Source of the DNA: an uncultured Lachnospiraceae bacterium | Lineage (GTDB): Bacteria; Bacillota; Clostridia; Lachnospirales; Lachnospiraceae | DNA: 64,000 bases | Assembly: GCA_958428365.1 (NCBI GenBank) | Contig: CAUAFT010000012.1 | Coordinates: forward strand, 23,059 to 87,058 | Direction: 5' to 3' | Translations under genes and position numbers: made by a program | Part shown: piece by piece, positions 1-10,128 of the stretch | Numbering within the stretch: position 1 is the first letter of the stretch | How the letters are laid out: each line of letters starts with the position of its first letter | Notes under the pieces: model-generated | Database searches by the model: none | Told to the model about the DNA's origin: nothing | The model's input: the letters and a program-made list of their open reading frames with translations, nothing else

Positions 1-765
1 GGTCTCCGTGGTCATGACATCCACACCGATACGGTAATCCACGCTTAAGTTGGCAACGCCCGGTCCCATAAATTCCATCACCTTGTTCTTCACATAGCCG
101 TTGGCAAAGACCTCTCCAATGATTGCCAGGGCGATATCCTGCGGTCCCACGCCGTGCTGCGGTGTTCCTGTCATATAGACGCCCACCACTCCCGGCATGT
201 TGATGTCGTAAGTCTGGCTTAAGAGCTGTTTTACCAGTTCCGGACCGCCCTCTCCCATTGCCATGGTACCCAGAGCGCCGTAACGGGTATGGGAATCGGA
301 ACCCAGGATCATCTTTCCGCCGCCTGCAAGCATCTCCCTTGCAAACTGGTGAATGACTGCCTGATGAGGCGGTACATAGACCCCGCCGTATTTCTTGGCG
401 CAGGTGAGTCCGAACATGTGGTCATCCTCGTTGATGGTTCCTCCCACCGCACAGAGAGAGTTGTGACAGTTGGTCAGAACATATGGAATCGGGAATTTTT
501 CCAGTCCTGACGCTCTGGCTGTCTGGATGATCCCCACGAATGTGATATCATGGGAGGTCAGCTTGTCGAACTTGATCTTCAGCTTGTCCATATTCCCAGA
601 GGTATTGTGTTCTTTTAAAATATTGTAAGCGATCGTGTTTTTTGCAGCCTCGTCTTTTCCCACAGATGTGCCCGTCTTTGCCTGGATCTGGGCTGCCGCT
701 TCCGGTCCGTCCGGCACCAGATCCGTGCCGTTTACCAAATAAACACCGTTTTCATAAAGTTTCAT
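1..765 (-). CDS. Aconitase-family hydratase (YbhJ-like), 5' part; runs off the window start
   Basis: Not in the ORF track. Manual translation from ATG 765 (SD AGGAGG upstream) gives [13 protein letters not shown]...[13 protein letters not shown]...[19 protein letters not shown]...[12 protein letters not shown]...DVMTTET, which carries aconitase-family motifs. Confidence 0.85.
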   Translation of the reverse strand, partial: MKLYENGVYLVNGTDLVPDGPEAAAQIQAKTGTSVGKDEAAKNTIAYNILKEHNTSGNMDKLKIKFDKLTSHDITFVGIIQTARASGLEKFPIPYVLTNCHNSLCAVGGTINEDDHMFGLTCAKKYGGVYVPPHQAVIHQFAREMLAGGGKMILGSDSHTRYGALGTMAMGEGGPELVKQLLSQTYDINMPGVVGVYMTGTPQHGVGPQDIALAIIGEVFANGYVKNKVMEFMGPGVANLSVDYRIGVDVMTTET

Positions 766-805
766 GTGTCATATCCTCCTTCATATTGTCCTTCGGACTG
801 ATATA

Positions 806-834
806 GAAAATCGACGGTGAAAGGTCACCGTCGA
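806..834 (-). terminator. Probable intrinsic terminator after the sensor kinase
   Basis: Perfect stem TCGACGGTGA-aagg-TCACCGTCGA (811-834) followed by TTTTCT on the - strand. Confidence 0.6.
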
Positions 835-870
835 CACTCTTTTCCACTAAAAATTATAATAAATGCCTGT

Positions 871-3093
871 TTAAAAAGCAAGGGGAAATCTCAGCACCAC
901 CTTAAAGAGGTCGCCGTCCAGAATAATATCGAAGGTTCCCCCCATAAGAGCAGTGAGATTTTTCGCAATGGACAGCCCTAATCCGCTTCCCTCCGTACTC
1001 CTTGAGACGTCACCCCGGATGAATCTCTCCGTCAGCTCGTCAGAGGAAACATTGAGAGGCTTGGAGGAGATGTTTTTAATGGAAAATACTGCCTCGCTCT
1101 CCTGCTTCTCCACCTCCACATAGACTCTCGTGCCGGTGAGGGCATATTTTGCCACATTGTTATAGAGGTTTTCCAGCACCCTCCAGATCCGTCTGCCGTC
1201 TGCCATGATGACCACCGGCTCCTTGGGCAGTTTGGTAAAGACGGTCAGCTCCTGCTTTTCAAACTTCTCATTGAACTCTCCTCCGGTCTGATAGACCAGC
1301 TCCACCAGATTGATCCGCACCATTTCCAGAGTAATGTTGCCGGAACTGATCTTGGAGGCTTCCACCAGATCTTCGGTGAGCTGTTCCAGCCTTGCGGACT
1401 TCTCCTTTAAAATACGAATGTAACCCTTCACCTTTTCGTTTTCCAGCTGCTCATTTTCCAAAAGATTCACATAGTTGATGATGGAGGTCAGGGGCGTCTT
1501 GATGTCATGGGAGACATTTGTGATAAGATCCGCCTTCATCCGCTCGTTCTTCATACTGGAATCCACGGCTTTCTCCAGACCTTCTCCCAGGTTGTTGATC
1601 CCCTCGCTGAGAGTCTTATTTTCCCCGGAAAGATCTTCGGTATCGATCTTATATTCCAGATTGCCGGACTTGATCTCCTCAATTCCTTCAATGATCTTCT
1701 GCCTCTGTACCCGGTCTTTCAGCATAAAGACCCCAACAACCAGGATCAATAGAGCCATGACCGCCAAAAACAGGGGCTGTGAATAATAGTATCCCCACAC
1801 CGCCAGGATCCATACGGCTGCTGCCTGAACCAGGTAAACCACCATAAACTTTCCGGTTACCCTGCGATTCTCATAGGCCTCCTGCAAGATCCTGCAAACG
1901 AGACAGAGAACGCTTCCGTTCCAGAGGATACCAGAACGCATCCTCCGTATCAGGCTTAGATACAGGAATAAAAACACGGCGTTTCCCACAAAGGCTAAGA
2001 CGCCCGCCATGATCATCATTCCCGATGTCTCCCAGGTCTTGGCTCCCGCCAAAGCCGCCAGGATCGCTCCCGCAAGAACACACAGGATTACAATGCAGAA
2101 GAAAAATTCTGTCTTGATACGGTCGAACCCATTCAGGTGCACCTCATCCTCATGGGCGCTGCGTCCCGTTACGGTACTCAGATAGACAAGGGCTGCGATC
2201 CAGCCGATCAGGCTGACCAGCGTCATGATGATACTGATCTTGATCCATGGATGCAGATGTTCATAAGATTCCTTTGCCTCATAAAAATGGTCTTTATAGG
2301 GAAGCTCCGTATTCACTCCCATCATAAAAACAGAATTGGAATCCATATTTCCGGTGATGTAGTTCACATCCTGATAAAAATAATCCTCCAGCCCGTTGAC
2401 ATTTGTATCAAAGCGAATGTCCTGATCGTCATAACTGAGATAGGCTCCCACATTCTCGATCTGATCTTTTGCCTCTTCCTTGCTGTTCCCCTCCAGCTTC
2501 AGATTGGAGCAGGTATTTCCCTCTGCATCCATATAATAATAGGAAACATTGGATTTGCCCGCATCGTACTTGTTGATGAGCCGCTTATAATTGTTAATAT
2601 CGTCGGTGATGTTGGACACCCGTTTTTCTATAGCGTTGGAAATATTGATGGCTTCCTGGGTGCTTAACTCCTCATTCAGATAACGCTCAATGTAGCCGCC
2701 TCCGCTCACCGCCGGATAGCTCTCCTCCACCAGGCTTAAGTATCCCGCCGCCTGATAACTGCATCCCTTTTCCGCCCAATTCTCCAGATCTCCAAGTCGA
2801 TAGGAGATCTCTCCGTTGATGGAGATGGGTTTTGAGGGATCGTACTCGCCGTTTGTCTCAAAGAGCCTTCGCAGGTTGACCAGCTTTTGAACCTCCACCG
2901 TGGTAGTTTTAAATTCCTGTGTAAAATAAGCGGAGTCCTCAAATCCTTTTTTTCCAATATCCTCAAACTCCAGCATACTTCTGCTGAAAAGACTTCCGAT
3001 CAGGCATAAAAAGATCACCAGCAGAACTGCCATGAGCTGCTGGATGGATACCGCTGCGATTTTTGCTGCTGTGGAATAACGGTGGTTTTTCAT
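871..3093 (-). CDS. Multi-TM sensor histidine kinase (HAMP-HisKA-HATPase_c)
   Basis: H-box SHDIKTPLT, N-box ENLYNNVAKY, G2 box GSGLGL, several TM segments. Confidence 0.93.
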   Translation of the reverse strand: MKNHRYSTAAKIAAVSIQQLMAVLLVIFLCLIGSLFSRSMLEFEDIGKKGFEDSAYFTQEFKTTTVEVQKLVNLRRLFETNGEYDPSKPISINGEISYRLGDLENWAEKGCSYQAAGYLSLVEESYPAVSGGGYIERYLNEELSTQEAINISNAIEKRVSNITDDINNYKRLINKYDAGKSNVSYYYMDAEGNTCSNLKLEGNSKEEAKDQIENVGAYLSYDDQDIRFDTNVNGLEDYFYQDVNYITGNMDSNSVFMMGVNTELPYKDHFYEAKESYEHLHPWIKISIIMTLVSLIGWIAALVYLSTVTGRSAHEDEVHLNGFDRIKTEFFFCIVILCVLAGAILAALAGAKTWETSGMMIMAGVLAFVGNAVFLFLYLSLIRRMRSGILWNGSVLCLVCRILQEAYENRRVTGKFMVVYLVQAAAVWILAVWGYYYSQPLFLAVMALLILVVGVFMLKDRVQRQKIIEGIEEIKSGNLEYKIDTEDLSGENKTLSEGINNLGEGLEKAVDSSMKNERMKADLITNVSHDIKTPLTSIINYVNLLENEQLENEKVKGYIRILKEKSARLEQLTEDLVEASKISSGNITLEMVRINLVELVYQTGGEFNEKFEKQELTVFTKLPKEPVVIMADGRRIWRVLENLYNNVAKYALTGTRVYVEVEKQESEAVFSIKNISSKPLNVSSDELTERFIRGDVSRSTEGSGLGLSIAKNLTALMGGTFDIILDGDLFKVVLRFPLAF

Positions 3094-3094
3094 A

Positions 3095-3790
3095 TCAGAC
3101 TCCTTTTTCTACCTTATAACCCACGCCCCAGACAACTTTCAGGTATCTCGGTTCCTTTGGATTGATCTCGATTTTTTCCCGGATATGGCGGATATGAACG
3201 GCTACGGTATTATCCGCCCCCACCGCCTCCTCATTCCAGATACTCTCATAAATCTGTTCGATGGAAAAGACCTTCCCAGCGTCCTTTACCAGCAAGAGCA
3301 GGATGTTGTATTCAATGGGCGTCAGACGGATCGTCTCTCCATCCACCCTGACCTCTTTTAAGTCGTCGTTGATCTCCAGCCCTCCGACCCGGTACACCGC
3401 CTGGCTTTCATCTGCCACATTGCCAAGCTGCATATAACGGCGAAGCTGAGACTTGACCCTTGCCACCAGTTCCAGAGGATTGAAAGGTTTGCTGACATAG
3501 TCGTCCGCCCCGATGTTCAGTCCCAGGATCTTATCCGCATCCTCTGTCTTTGCGGAGAGAATGATAATTGGTATACTGCTGTTCTCCCGGATTTTCAAGG
3601 TTGCCCGGATGCCGTCGAGCTTTGGCATCATGATATCCATAATCAAAAGCTGAACGTCGTTGGTCTTTAATTTTTCCAACGCCTGCTCTCCGTCATATGC
3701 CTTTATGACACGATACCCTTCCTGCTGTAAATAAATCTCTATAGCGTCCACAATTTCCTTATCATCATCACACACCAAAATATTGACCAT
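3095..3790 (-). CDS. OmpR/PhoB-family response regulator
   Basis: Receiver motifs (CDDD, DIMMP, KPF) plus winged helix (VAVHIRHIREK, VWGVGY); 1 nt from the kinase gene. Confidence 0.95.
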   Translation of the reverse strand: MVNILVCDDDKEIVDAIEIYLQQEGYRVIKAYDGEQALEKLKTNDVQLLIMDIMMPKLDGIRATLKIRENSSIPIIILSAKTEDADKILGLNIGADDYVSKPFNPLELVARVKSQLRRYMQLGNVADESQAVYRVGGLEINDDLKEVRVDGETIRLTPIEYNILLLLVKDAGKVFSIEQIYESIWNEEAVGADNTVAVHIRHIREKIEINPKEPRYLKVVWGVGYKVEKGV

Positions 3791-3877
3791 GACAGCCTCC
3801 TTTGCCCGTTTTTCCCTATTTTAACATGTCTTTTCTTATTTGACACCGTTTTATTCCTTAAGATATTTTGAAGATTC

Positions 3878-3922
3878 AAAAAAGGCGCCTGGGTGTCATT
3901 CATATGACTGCCCGGCGCCTTT
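3878..3922 (-). terminator. Hairpin terminator downstream of the Rpn gene
   Basis: AAAGGCGCC...GGCGCCTTT inverted repeat with a T-run on the - strand. Confidence 0.6.
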
Positions 3923-3928
3923 GCATTT

Positions 3929-4780
3929 TTATTTGTCTTTCCAGTATTCACTTATATATTTTTCTGCCAGATCTTCTTCGATAGAAAATTTGTCTGCAAT
4001 TTTTTCTGTGGTCTGCTGTCTTGACATTCCGAACTCACAACATATATCAATCGCAGCCTTGATTCCTTCCTGTTTTCCCTGTTCAATTCCTCTTTCAATC
4101 CCAATTTCCAGAATGTTCATCTCTACCGCCTCCCACTCTTCGGATTCTTTTACTTCCGTTACGATCTTATCCAATTCCAGAATCCTTGCATCTCTAACGA
4201 TAATTTCCGGATTTTCCAGATTGGTTTCTTTCATATATTGTAACAGACTTACTAACTCTTTGGAACCATTTTTACTTGTCATATTTAAGAATATTTTTGT
4301 TGTACCATCTCCCAGATGAAGACCCGGAAGCTCTTCACACTGTTCTGTAAATGTATATTTTGCCAAATCCTTTTTAAATATATCCTCCTGTGTGATAAAG
4401 ATGATGACCGTAGACGGCAGTTCCCTGTATTTCGTCTCTCTTCCTGATTTTAAGATTGGTGTATCCAACATCCCCTGGTAGTATCTGGAACGTTTTGGGA
4501 TATCATCATCTTTTGTACGATTCTGCATCTCCATATTGAACTGCCGCTTATCTGTACTCTTCGCCCAGGCATCCAAACGGATGGCGCGCTTTCCCGATTG
4601 ATTCAGAATGACTTGCTCCACCTTAACAGTCTCAAGTTCTATCTCCTCTTCCAAAATTATGCTGAGTGTACACTCATACGCCCTCTTATTTTTCATGACG
4701 GATAAAAAGAGTGCAAAGTCACTTAAGTTGAACTGATACTCCGCCGGCAGTAAGTTTCTTTTTCTTTTGTCTTTTTCCAT
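3929..4780 (-). CDS. Rpn/YhgA-like PD-(D/E)XK nuclease (recombination-promoting nuclease / putative transposase family)
   Basis: LSDFALFLSVM, IRLD, FNMEMQ, KRSRYYQ, IIFITQEDIF and C-terminal GIERGIEQGKQEG repeats are typical of the family. Confidence 0.88.
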   Translation of the reverse strand: MEKDKRKRNLLPAEYQFNLSDFALFLSVMKNKRAYECTLSIILEEEIELETVKVEQVILNQSGKRAIRLDAWAKSTDKRQFNMEMQNRTKDDDIPKRSRYYQGMLDTPILKSGRETKYRELPSTVIIFITQEDIFKKDLAKYTFTEQCEELPGLHLGDGTTKIFLNMTSKNGSKELVSLLQYMKETNLENPEIIVRDARILELDKIVTEVKESEEWEAVEMNILEIGIERGIEQGKQEGIKAAIDICCEFGMSRQQTTEKIADKFSIEEDLAEKYISEYWKDK

Positions 4781-4940
4781 AGATTACCCTCCTATATGAA
4801 ATTTTAAAATTTGGATAAGTGCAGAATTTCTGCTGGATACGGGAATGTCCCGTCTAGAATTGAATTAGACCTGTAATTCGTTATTACTCTAACATATTTT
4901 TTGCTTTGCTTCAAGGAAGATTTTTTCATTATCTTTTTCA

Positions 4941-4980
4941 AAAAGGGATCGGCATACTCTATATCGTATACCGATCCCTC
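4941..4980 (-). terminator. Intrinsic terminator
   Basis: AGGGATCGG...CCGATCCCT stem with a T-run on the - strand, just after the stop at 4989. Confidence 0.6.
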
Positions 4981-4988
4981 TCATTCTC

Positions 4989-5732
4989 TTAGCCATCTGC
5001 TTTTTTCTTATGCTGTTTTTGTCTCCAACGGAAGTACTCAGCGTCCAGATTGACCTTGATCTCCATTTCCTGAGGCACTTTCTGCTCCGGCTGGAAGGTC
5101 GGCTCTTCCGATGACGTGGACACGGCTTTGCCCGTCTTCTCAAAATATTCCGGGTTGATTTTGATCTCCGGTTTCCCCGCCGGGAAAAGCGGAGCCGCCA
5201 CGGTGGCTGCCTTACGCTCCTCTTTCTTTTCCGTTTCTTTTTGCATCTGCTTATTCCGCTCTTCGATGAGCTGACGGTATTTGTTGGTATCCTTAAGATT
5301 TTCCAGAGAGGATTTCAGTTCCAGTTGATTCTCCCGGACGATCTTCTTTCTCTCCTTCATCTCTTTTTTTATGGTTCCGTACACCTGCTCCATCTCTTCG
5401 CTGGCGTCCTGAATGATCTTCTGAATACGAGTCAGGGCTTCGTCGGAATAGAGCACGGAAGCTGCGTAGATGTCTTCCGCCATATGCTCTGCATCCCGCA
5501 CGATGGTATCACTCTTTTTCCGGGCTTCCCGCTCGCCTCTGTTACGGCTGTTTTCCGTAATCTCATATTCTTCCATCATTTCATTCATGCAGTATTTTAA
5601 CTGATCCAATAATTCCAAAGCGTCTTTTTTATCAACGACGACCTTCTGTGGATCCTGGTCATATGGTTCACTTTTTGAAATCAATACATGAAAATCACGA
5701 AGAACCCGCTCTACTTTGTCCTGTACACTCAT
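4989..5732 (-). CDS. Conserved coiled-coil protein (DivIVA/SepIVA-like composition), function unknown
   Basis: 247-aa ORF with long charged heptad regions; no catalytic motif seen. Confidence 0.6.
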   Translation of the reverse strand: MSVQDKVERVLRDFHVLISKSEPYDQDPQKVVVDKKDALELLDQLKYCMNEMMEEYEITENSRNRGEREARKKSDTIVRDAEHMAEDIYAASVLYSDEALTRIQKIIQDASEEMEQVYGTIKKEMKERKKIVRENQLELKSSLENLKDTNKYRQLIEERNKQMQKETEKKEERKAATVAAPLFPAGKPEIKINPEYFEKTGKAVSTSSEEPTFQPEQKVPQEMEIKVNLDAEYFRWRQKQHKKKADG

Positions 5733-5863
5733 TGCTGTTCTCCCTATTTACCCACCTTAATGCTTACTTATCTCTAAGATAGCATAAAACGGTTCTCTTT
5801 TCAAGAAAGAACAAACGCTTACGGATATTCCAAAATATTCCTGAAATTATGCAAAACAGGTCT

Positions 5864-7282
5864 CTAAAAACGGAAATCTCTCTTTCCCTCATGGATGTTC
5901 TCTATATATTCCTTTGCTTTTTCCTTTACCTTCGGGTTCGTGATTACCTCCAGCTCCTTCGCAATCAATGCCTCCCCGATTTCTTTTGTCTTAGGGCTGG
6001 CATAGTCCTCCAGATATTCTTTTAAAGTCATTAGTGCATTCGGATGGCAGCAGTTGACGATCTGACGGTTTTTTAACAGGGTCATGAAGCGGTCTCCGGT
6101 TCTGCCCTCACGGTAGCAGGCAGTACAAAAACTTGGCACAAATCCCATCTCCATCAACCACTGCACCACCTCATCCAGGGTCCTTCGGTCGCTGACATCG
6201 AACTGCGCGGAATTTTCATCCTCCGGCTCCGGCTCCTCATAACCTCCCACACTGGTTCTGGAACCACCGCTGATCTGGGAAATTCCCAACTGTAATACCT
6301 TCTTACGAGTCTCAGCAGATTCTCTTGTGGACACGATCATACCCGTGTACGGAACCGCTATACGGATGCAGGCTACGATCTTCGCAAACAGCTCATCGGA
6401 AATACCATTGTCAAAATCATCCGGATCAATGTCATCCGCACGTCGAAGCCTTGGAACACTGATGGTATGAGGACCCACTCCTTTTGCAGCTTCCAGGTGT
6501 TCCGCATGCATGATGATTCCCGCGAAATCATAGCGGTAGTTGTTCAGTCCAAAGAGAACGCCGAGACCCACGTCGTCAATCCCGCCCTCCATGGCTCTGT
6601 CCATAGCTTCCGTATGGTAGGCGTAATCATGCTTTGGTCCTGTCGGATGGAGCTTCTCGTAGTTTTCCTTATGATAGGTTTCCTGGAAGAGTATGTAGGT
6701 TCCAATCCCTGCTTCCTTCAGTTTCCTGTAATTTTCCACTGTAGTGGCGGCAATATTAACATTGACACGACGGATGGCTCCGTTCTTGTGTTTAATGCTG
6801 TAGATCGTCTGGATGCATTCTAAGATGTACTCGATGGGATTGTTTACCGGATCCTCACCAGCTTCGATGGCAAGACGTTTGTGCCCCATATCCTGAAGGG
6901 CTGTGACCTCCCTTACGATATCTTCCTGGGTCAGTTTTTTTCTCGTAATGTGCTTGTTCTTAGCATGGTATGGACAGTATTCACAGCCGTTGATACAATA
7001 GTTGGACAGATACAGCGGAGCAAACATCACGATACGGTTTCCGTAAAATTCCTCCTTAATCTCCTTAGCAAGGGCGTAGATCTCCTGATTCTTCTCCTCG
7101 ATATCGCAGTCTAAGAGTACCAGAGCTTCCCTGTGGGAGATTCCCTTCTTCTCTCTCGCCTTATTCAGAATACGGTTGATCTCTTCCACATTACTTTTGT
7201 TCTTTTCTCCGTATTCCAGGGTCTCAAGAATCTCCTCATGGGAGATAAATTCCTCCGCTTTGCTTGATTTTACATCATACAT
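5864..7282 (-). CDS. hydG: [FeFe]-hydrogenase H-cluster radical SAM maturase HydG
   Basis: APLYLSNYCINGCEYC radical SAM motif, GPHTISVPR, C-terminal CTAC-x22-C auxiliary cluster motif, ends RDFRF. Confidence 0.95.
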   Translation of the reverse strand: MYDVKSSKAEEFISHEEILETLEYGEKNKSNVEEINRILNKAREKKGISHREALVLLDCDIEEKNQEIYALAKEIKEEFYGNRIVMFAPLYLSNYCINGCEYCPYHAKNKHITRKKLTQEDIVREVTALQDMGHKRLAIEAGEDPVNNPIEYILECIQTIYSIKHKNGAIRRVNVNIAATTVENYRKLKEAGIGTYILFQETYHKENYEKLHPTGPKHDYAYHTEAMDRAMEGGIDDVGLGVLFGLNNYRYDFAGIIMHAEHLEAAKGVGPHTISVPRLRRADDIDPDDFDNGISDELFAKIVACIRIAVPYTGMIVSTRESAETRKKVLQLGISQISGGSRTSVGGYEEPEPEDENSAQFDVSDRRTLDEVVQWLMEMGFVPSFCTACYREGRTGDRFMTLLKNRQIVNCCHPNALMTLKEYLEDYASPKTKEIGEALIAKELEVITNPKVKEKAKEYIENIHEGKRDFRF

Positions 7283-7365
7283 TTTTGCTTTCCTCCTTAT
7301 TTTTAAAATGAATCTAATTCTTACTTTTATAAATATGAGACTGTCATCTCACTCAATCATTCCAT

Positions 7366-8415
7366 CTATCCGTTCTGTCTCTTCCAGCCTGGTGCGTCGC
7401 CCCGGTCTGTTACAAGCTCGCAGCCGATGGTTTTCATACGGTTGTTCAGGCAGTATCGACATTCCGCCGCCTCATCCCCGGTACAGATCTTATTGTCATA
7501 CAACTCGTATTTTTTGCGCACGTCCGTAGGGGAGAGATTCGGCATGACTACATTGGCTCCCGCCAGGATCCCTTTTTCTCTGCCCTTCGGGTCGATGGTC
7601 CCAAGGGCGGTGGTGGCTGGCAGAAGAACATACGGTTCTAAGATGCGGATCAGACTTAACAGATACAGAGTCTGTTCCACAGTTCCTCCTCTTTCCTCCC
7701 GAAACGGCGTCTCGTGGTGGGGAACAAAGGGACCAATACCCACCATGTGAGGCTGTAACTCCTGAATCAGGAGCATATCCTCCGCCAGGGTCTTAGCACT
7801 TTGTCCCGGACTCCCCACCATAAAACCGCAGCCTACCTGATAACCTATTTCTTTTAACTCCATTAAACAGTTCTTTCGGTGTTCAAAGGACATTTCCGGG
7901 GGATGAAGCTGTTCATAATGAACACGATCTGCGGTCTCATGTCTTAAAAGATAGCGGTCTGCCCCCGCCTTAAAATATGCTTCATAGCTTTCCCGGCTTT
8001 TTTCTCCGATGGAGAGAGTAATGGCACAGTCGGGATGTCTTACCTTAATGGATTTTAGTATTTCTACAATACGTTCATCGGTGTAGTAATTGTCCTCACC
8101 GCCCTGTAGGACGTAGGTCCGAAACCCCAATTCATAGCCGATGTCAGTGCACTCTAAAATCTGTTCCAGGGTGAGTCGGTAACGCTCTGCATTTTGATTG
8201 CTCCTTCGGATACCACAGTAATAGCAGTCATTTTTGCAGTAGTTGGTAAATTCGATTAAGCCCCGGACATAGACCTGATTGCCGAATTGTTCCTCCCGGA
8301 TACGGCGGGCCATGGCGGCGGCTTCTTCCTGATCATGTTGCTGCCCTGCTATCAGGTTTTCCCATTCTTCTTTTGTAAGCATTCGCTCTCGCTCTAATTT
8401 TTGCAGTAAGTTCAT
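7366..8415 (-). CDS. hydE: [FeFe]-hydrogenase H-cluster radical SAM maturase HydE
   Basis: RGLIEFTNYCKNDCYYC, YLLRHETA, GANVVMPNLSP, YELYDNKIC; adjacent to hydG. Confidence 0.95.
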   Translation of the reverse strand: MNLLQKLERERMLTKEEWENLIAGQQHDQEEAAAMARRIREEQFGNQVYVRGLIEFTNYCKNDCYYCGIRRSNQNAERYRLTLEQILECTDIGYELGFRTYVLQGGEDNYYTDERIVEILKSIKVRHPDCAITLSIGEKSRESYEAYFKAGADRYLLRHETADRVHYEQLHPPEMSFEHRKNCLMELKEIGYQVGCGFMVGSPGQSAKTLAEDMLLIQELQPHMVGIGPFVPHHETPFREERGGTVEQTLYLLSLIRILEPYVLLPATTALGTIDPKGREKGILAGANVVMPNLSPTDVRKKYELYDNKICTGDEAAECRYCLNNRMKTIGCELVTDRGDAPGWKRQNG

Positions 8416-8471
8416 GCTCTTCTCCTTAAAATATTTTCAGAAATCCTGTCTTTCCCGAATCAGAATCCTTC

Positions 8472-8717
8472 TTAAAGTTTTGAATATACCGCCTTTGCAG
8501 TTACGCCTTCTAACATGCCGAGTTTTCCTGAAAGGCTGCTGATGACGTTCTGAGGCGCGTCGATGGCGATGCTGATTAAGTTCACCCCTCGTTCTTTGTG
8601 GGGGATGCCCATTCTTCCGATGATGTATTCACCATACTCGTGGAGAATCTGGTTGAGGCGTTCTACGCTTTCGGATTTTTCTACGACGATGGCGATGTTG
8701 GCAAGTCTTGTATCCAT
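8472..8717 (-). CDS. TM1266-family iron-only hydrogenase system putative regulator
   Basis: MDTRLANIAIVVE...IIGRMGIP...SLSGKLG; ACT-like and upstream of hydE. Start moved to ATG 8717. Confidence 0.85.
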   Translation of the reverse strand: MDTRLANIAIVVEKSESVERLNQILHEYGEYIIGRMGIPHKERGVNLISIAIDAPQNVISSLSGKLGMLEGVTAKAVYSKL

Positions 8718-8767
8718 GGTGGAAATCCTTTCTGTTGTGGTATTCTGTGTGTACTTTAATTTTGCAA

Positions 8768-9253
8768 TCATTGATATGGTTCACTTTTTAATTTTTCTTC
8801 CACTCGATAGTACTGCACCTGCATTCCCAGCTTTTCATATAACTTCAGGGCTTTTTCATTAAAATTCCAGACACAGAGTTCCAATGATTCTGCTCCCTCA
8901 TCTATAGCCTGTTTTCGAGATTTTAAAATGAGCTTTGTTGCCACACCCTGGCTGCGATATTCCGGTAAGGTGACCAAATCTTCTATATAAGCTACTTTTC
9001 GTGCTTTGCAAACAAAATTTTCTGGTGTTTCAGAAATTTTCCCAAAACAAAGCCCCACGATACGTTGTTCGCATACTGCCACCCATGCTATCGGGCACGG
9101 CAACGATAGCAATTTTTCAAATTCCTCTTTTGTGTAGCTGTCTTCCAGATTTTTAAAATAATCAGGTCTTGCCAGCCGATGTTCTTTAAATACCAGTTCT
9201 TCCAACTCTTTAACGCTCTGATAATCTTCTTTTTCCGCTTTTCGTATGACCAA
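8768..9253 (-). CDS. GNAT-family N-acetyltransferase
   Basis: IEDLVTLPEYRSQGVAT acetyl-CoA motif and N..A..LYEKLG. Likely TTG start at 9253 behind AGGAG. Confidence 0.85.
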   Translation of the reverse strand: MVIRKAEKEDYQSVKELEELVFKEHRLARPDYFKNLEDSYTKEEFEKLLSLPCPIAWVAVCEQRIVGLCFGKISETPENFVCKARKVAYIEDLVTLPEYRSQGVATKLILKSRKQAIDEGAESLELCVWNFNEKALKLYEKLGMQVQYYRVEEKLKSEPYQ

Positions 9254-9407
9254 TGTTTTTCTCCTGTAGTTGTAAAATTCATGCTGTAAATTACGCATAC
9301 TTCCCTAAAATCTTCTTATAGCCTCCATTCGAAGTTGCGACGATTCAGACTGTCATAATGTCTTTATTTCAAATCCAAATTCATGCAAGATAAGATCGTC
9401 ATCTAAT

Positions 9408-9920
9408 CTATCTGCTTCCTTTTATAAATGCTGTGAGCTGTCTTTGATTCTTAATGACGATTGTTTTCGATGCATATTTTTTTAAGACATCACGATATCG
9501 TCTTTTATATTCCCCCGTCCTTCCAGCGTAAAGAATCCACGAGATAAATTCAAAATCTATTTTTTCAGGGCAATCCTTTGTCATAGATTCTCTGGTCTCC
9601 CCTCTGTATCTCACATATCTTTTCATTGCACGTCCAAGACAGGCAAAACGATTAAAATTCATAAAAATAATTTTATCCGCTTCCTCCATACGTCTCTGAA
9701 AACACAGATTCGCATAATTACCGTCAATTACCCAGGATGTGTTCTGATTTAAGAATCGTTCTACAAGCATTTTCTCTTCTGCCTGCGGTCTTTCTTTCCA
9801 GTCGGGAAGCCAATGTACACAATCTAAATAGAGAACCGGAATATGATATTTTTTTGACAAATATTTTGCCAGGGTCGATTTTCCACAACCGCTATATCCA
9901 ATAATTGCAATTTTCATCAT
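9408..9920 (-). CDS. FlaR-like P-loop kinase ('DNA topology modulation protein' family)
   Basis: GYSGCGKSTLA Walker A, WVIDGNY, CPEKIDFEF. Confidence 0.85.
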   Translation of the reverse strand: MMKIAIIGYSGCGKSTLAKYLSKKYHIPVLYLDCVHWLPDWKERPQAEEKMLVERFLNQNTSWVIDGNYANLCFQRRMEEADKIIFMNFNRFACLGRAMKRYVRYRGETRESMTKDCPEKIDFEFISWILYAGRTGEYKRRYRDVLKKYASKTIVIKNQRQLTAFIKGSR

Positions 9921-9954
9921 GTTTTTTTACAAATTAATTTCATTCTAATAAGAC

Positions 9955-10125
9955 AACAAAAGCCCTTGTGCCTGCAATAAGGCACAAGGGCAGTATGATC
10001 TCATAAACGATCCTATCGCGTTACTTACATTACTGTCATATTTATTCTGTGCCTTTTTTCGCAGGACGAACCTTTGAAATCAGGTGCGTTATGGTTAGGA
10101 TAACATAAATATGTGAAATTGTCTA
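9955..10125 (-). promoter_or_regulatory. sigmaA promoter plus leader with uORF, antiterminator and terminator (attenuator)
   Basis: TAGACA (10125-10120), 17 nt, TG-n-TATCCT (10102-10097). AAGGCACA (10055-10048) is complementary to the terminator 5' arm. uORF MTVM* at 10039-10025. 12-bp terminator stem 9962-9991 followed by UUUU. Confidence 0.65.
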
Positions 10126-10128
10126 TTT

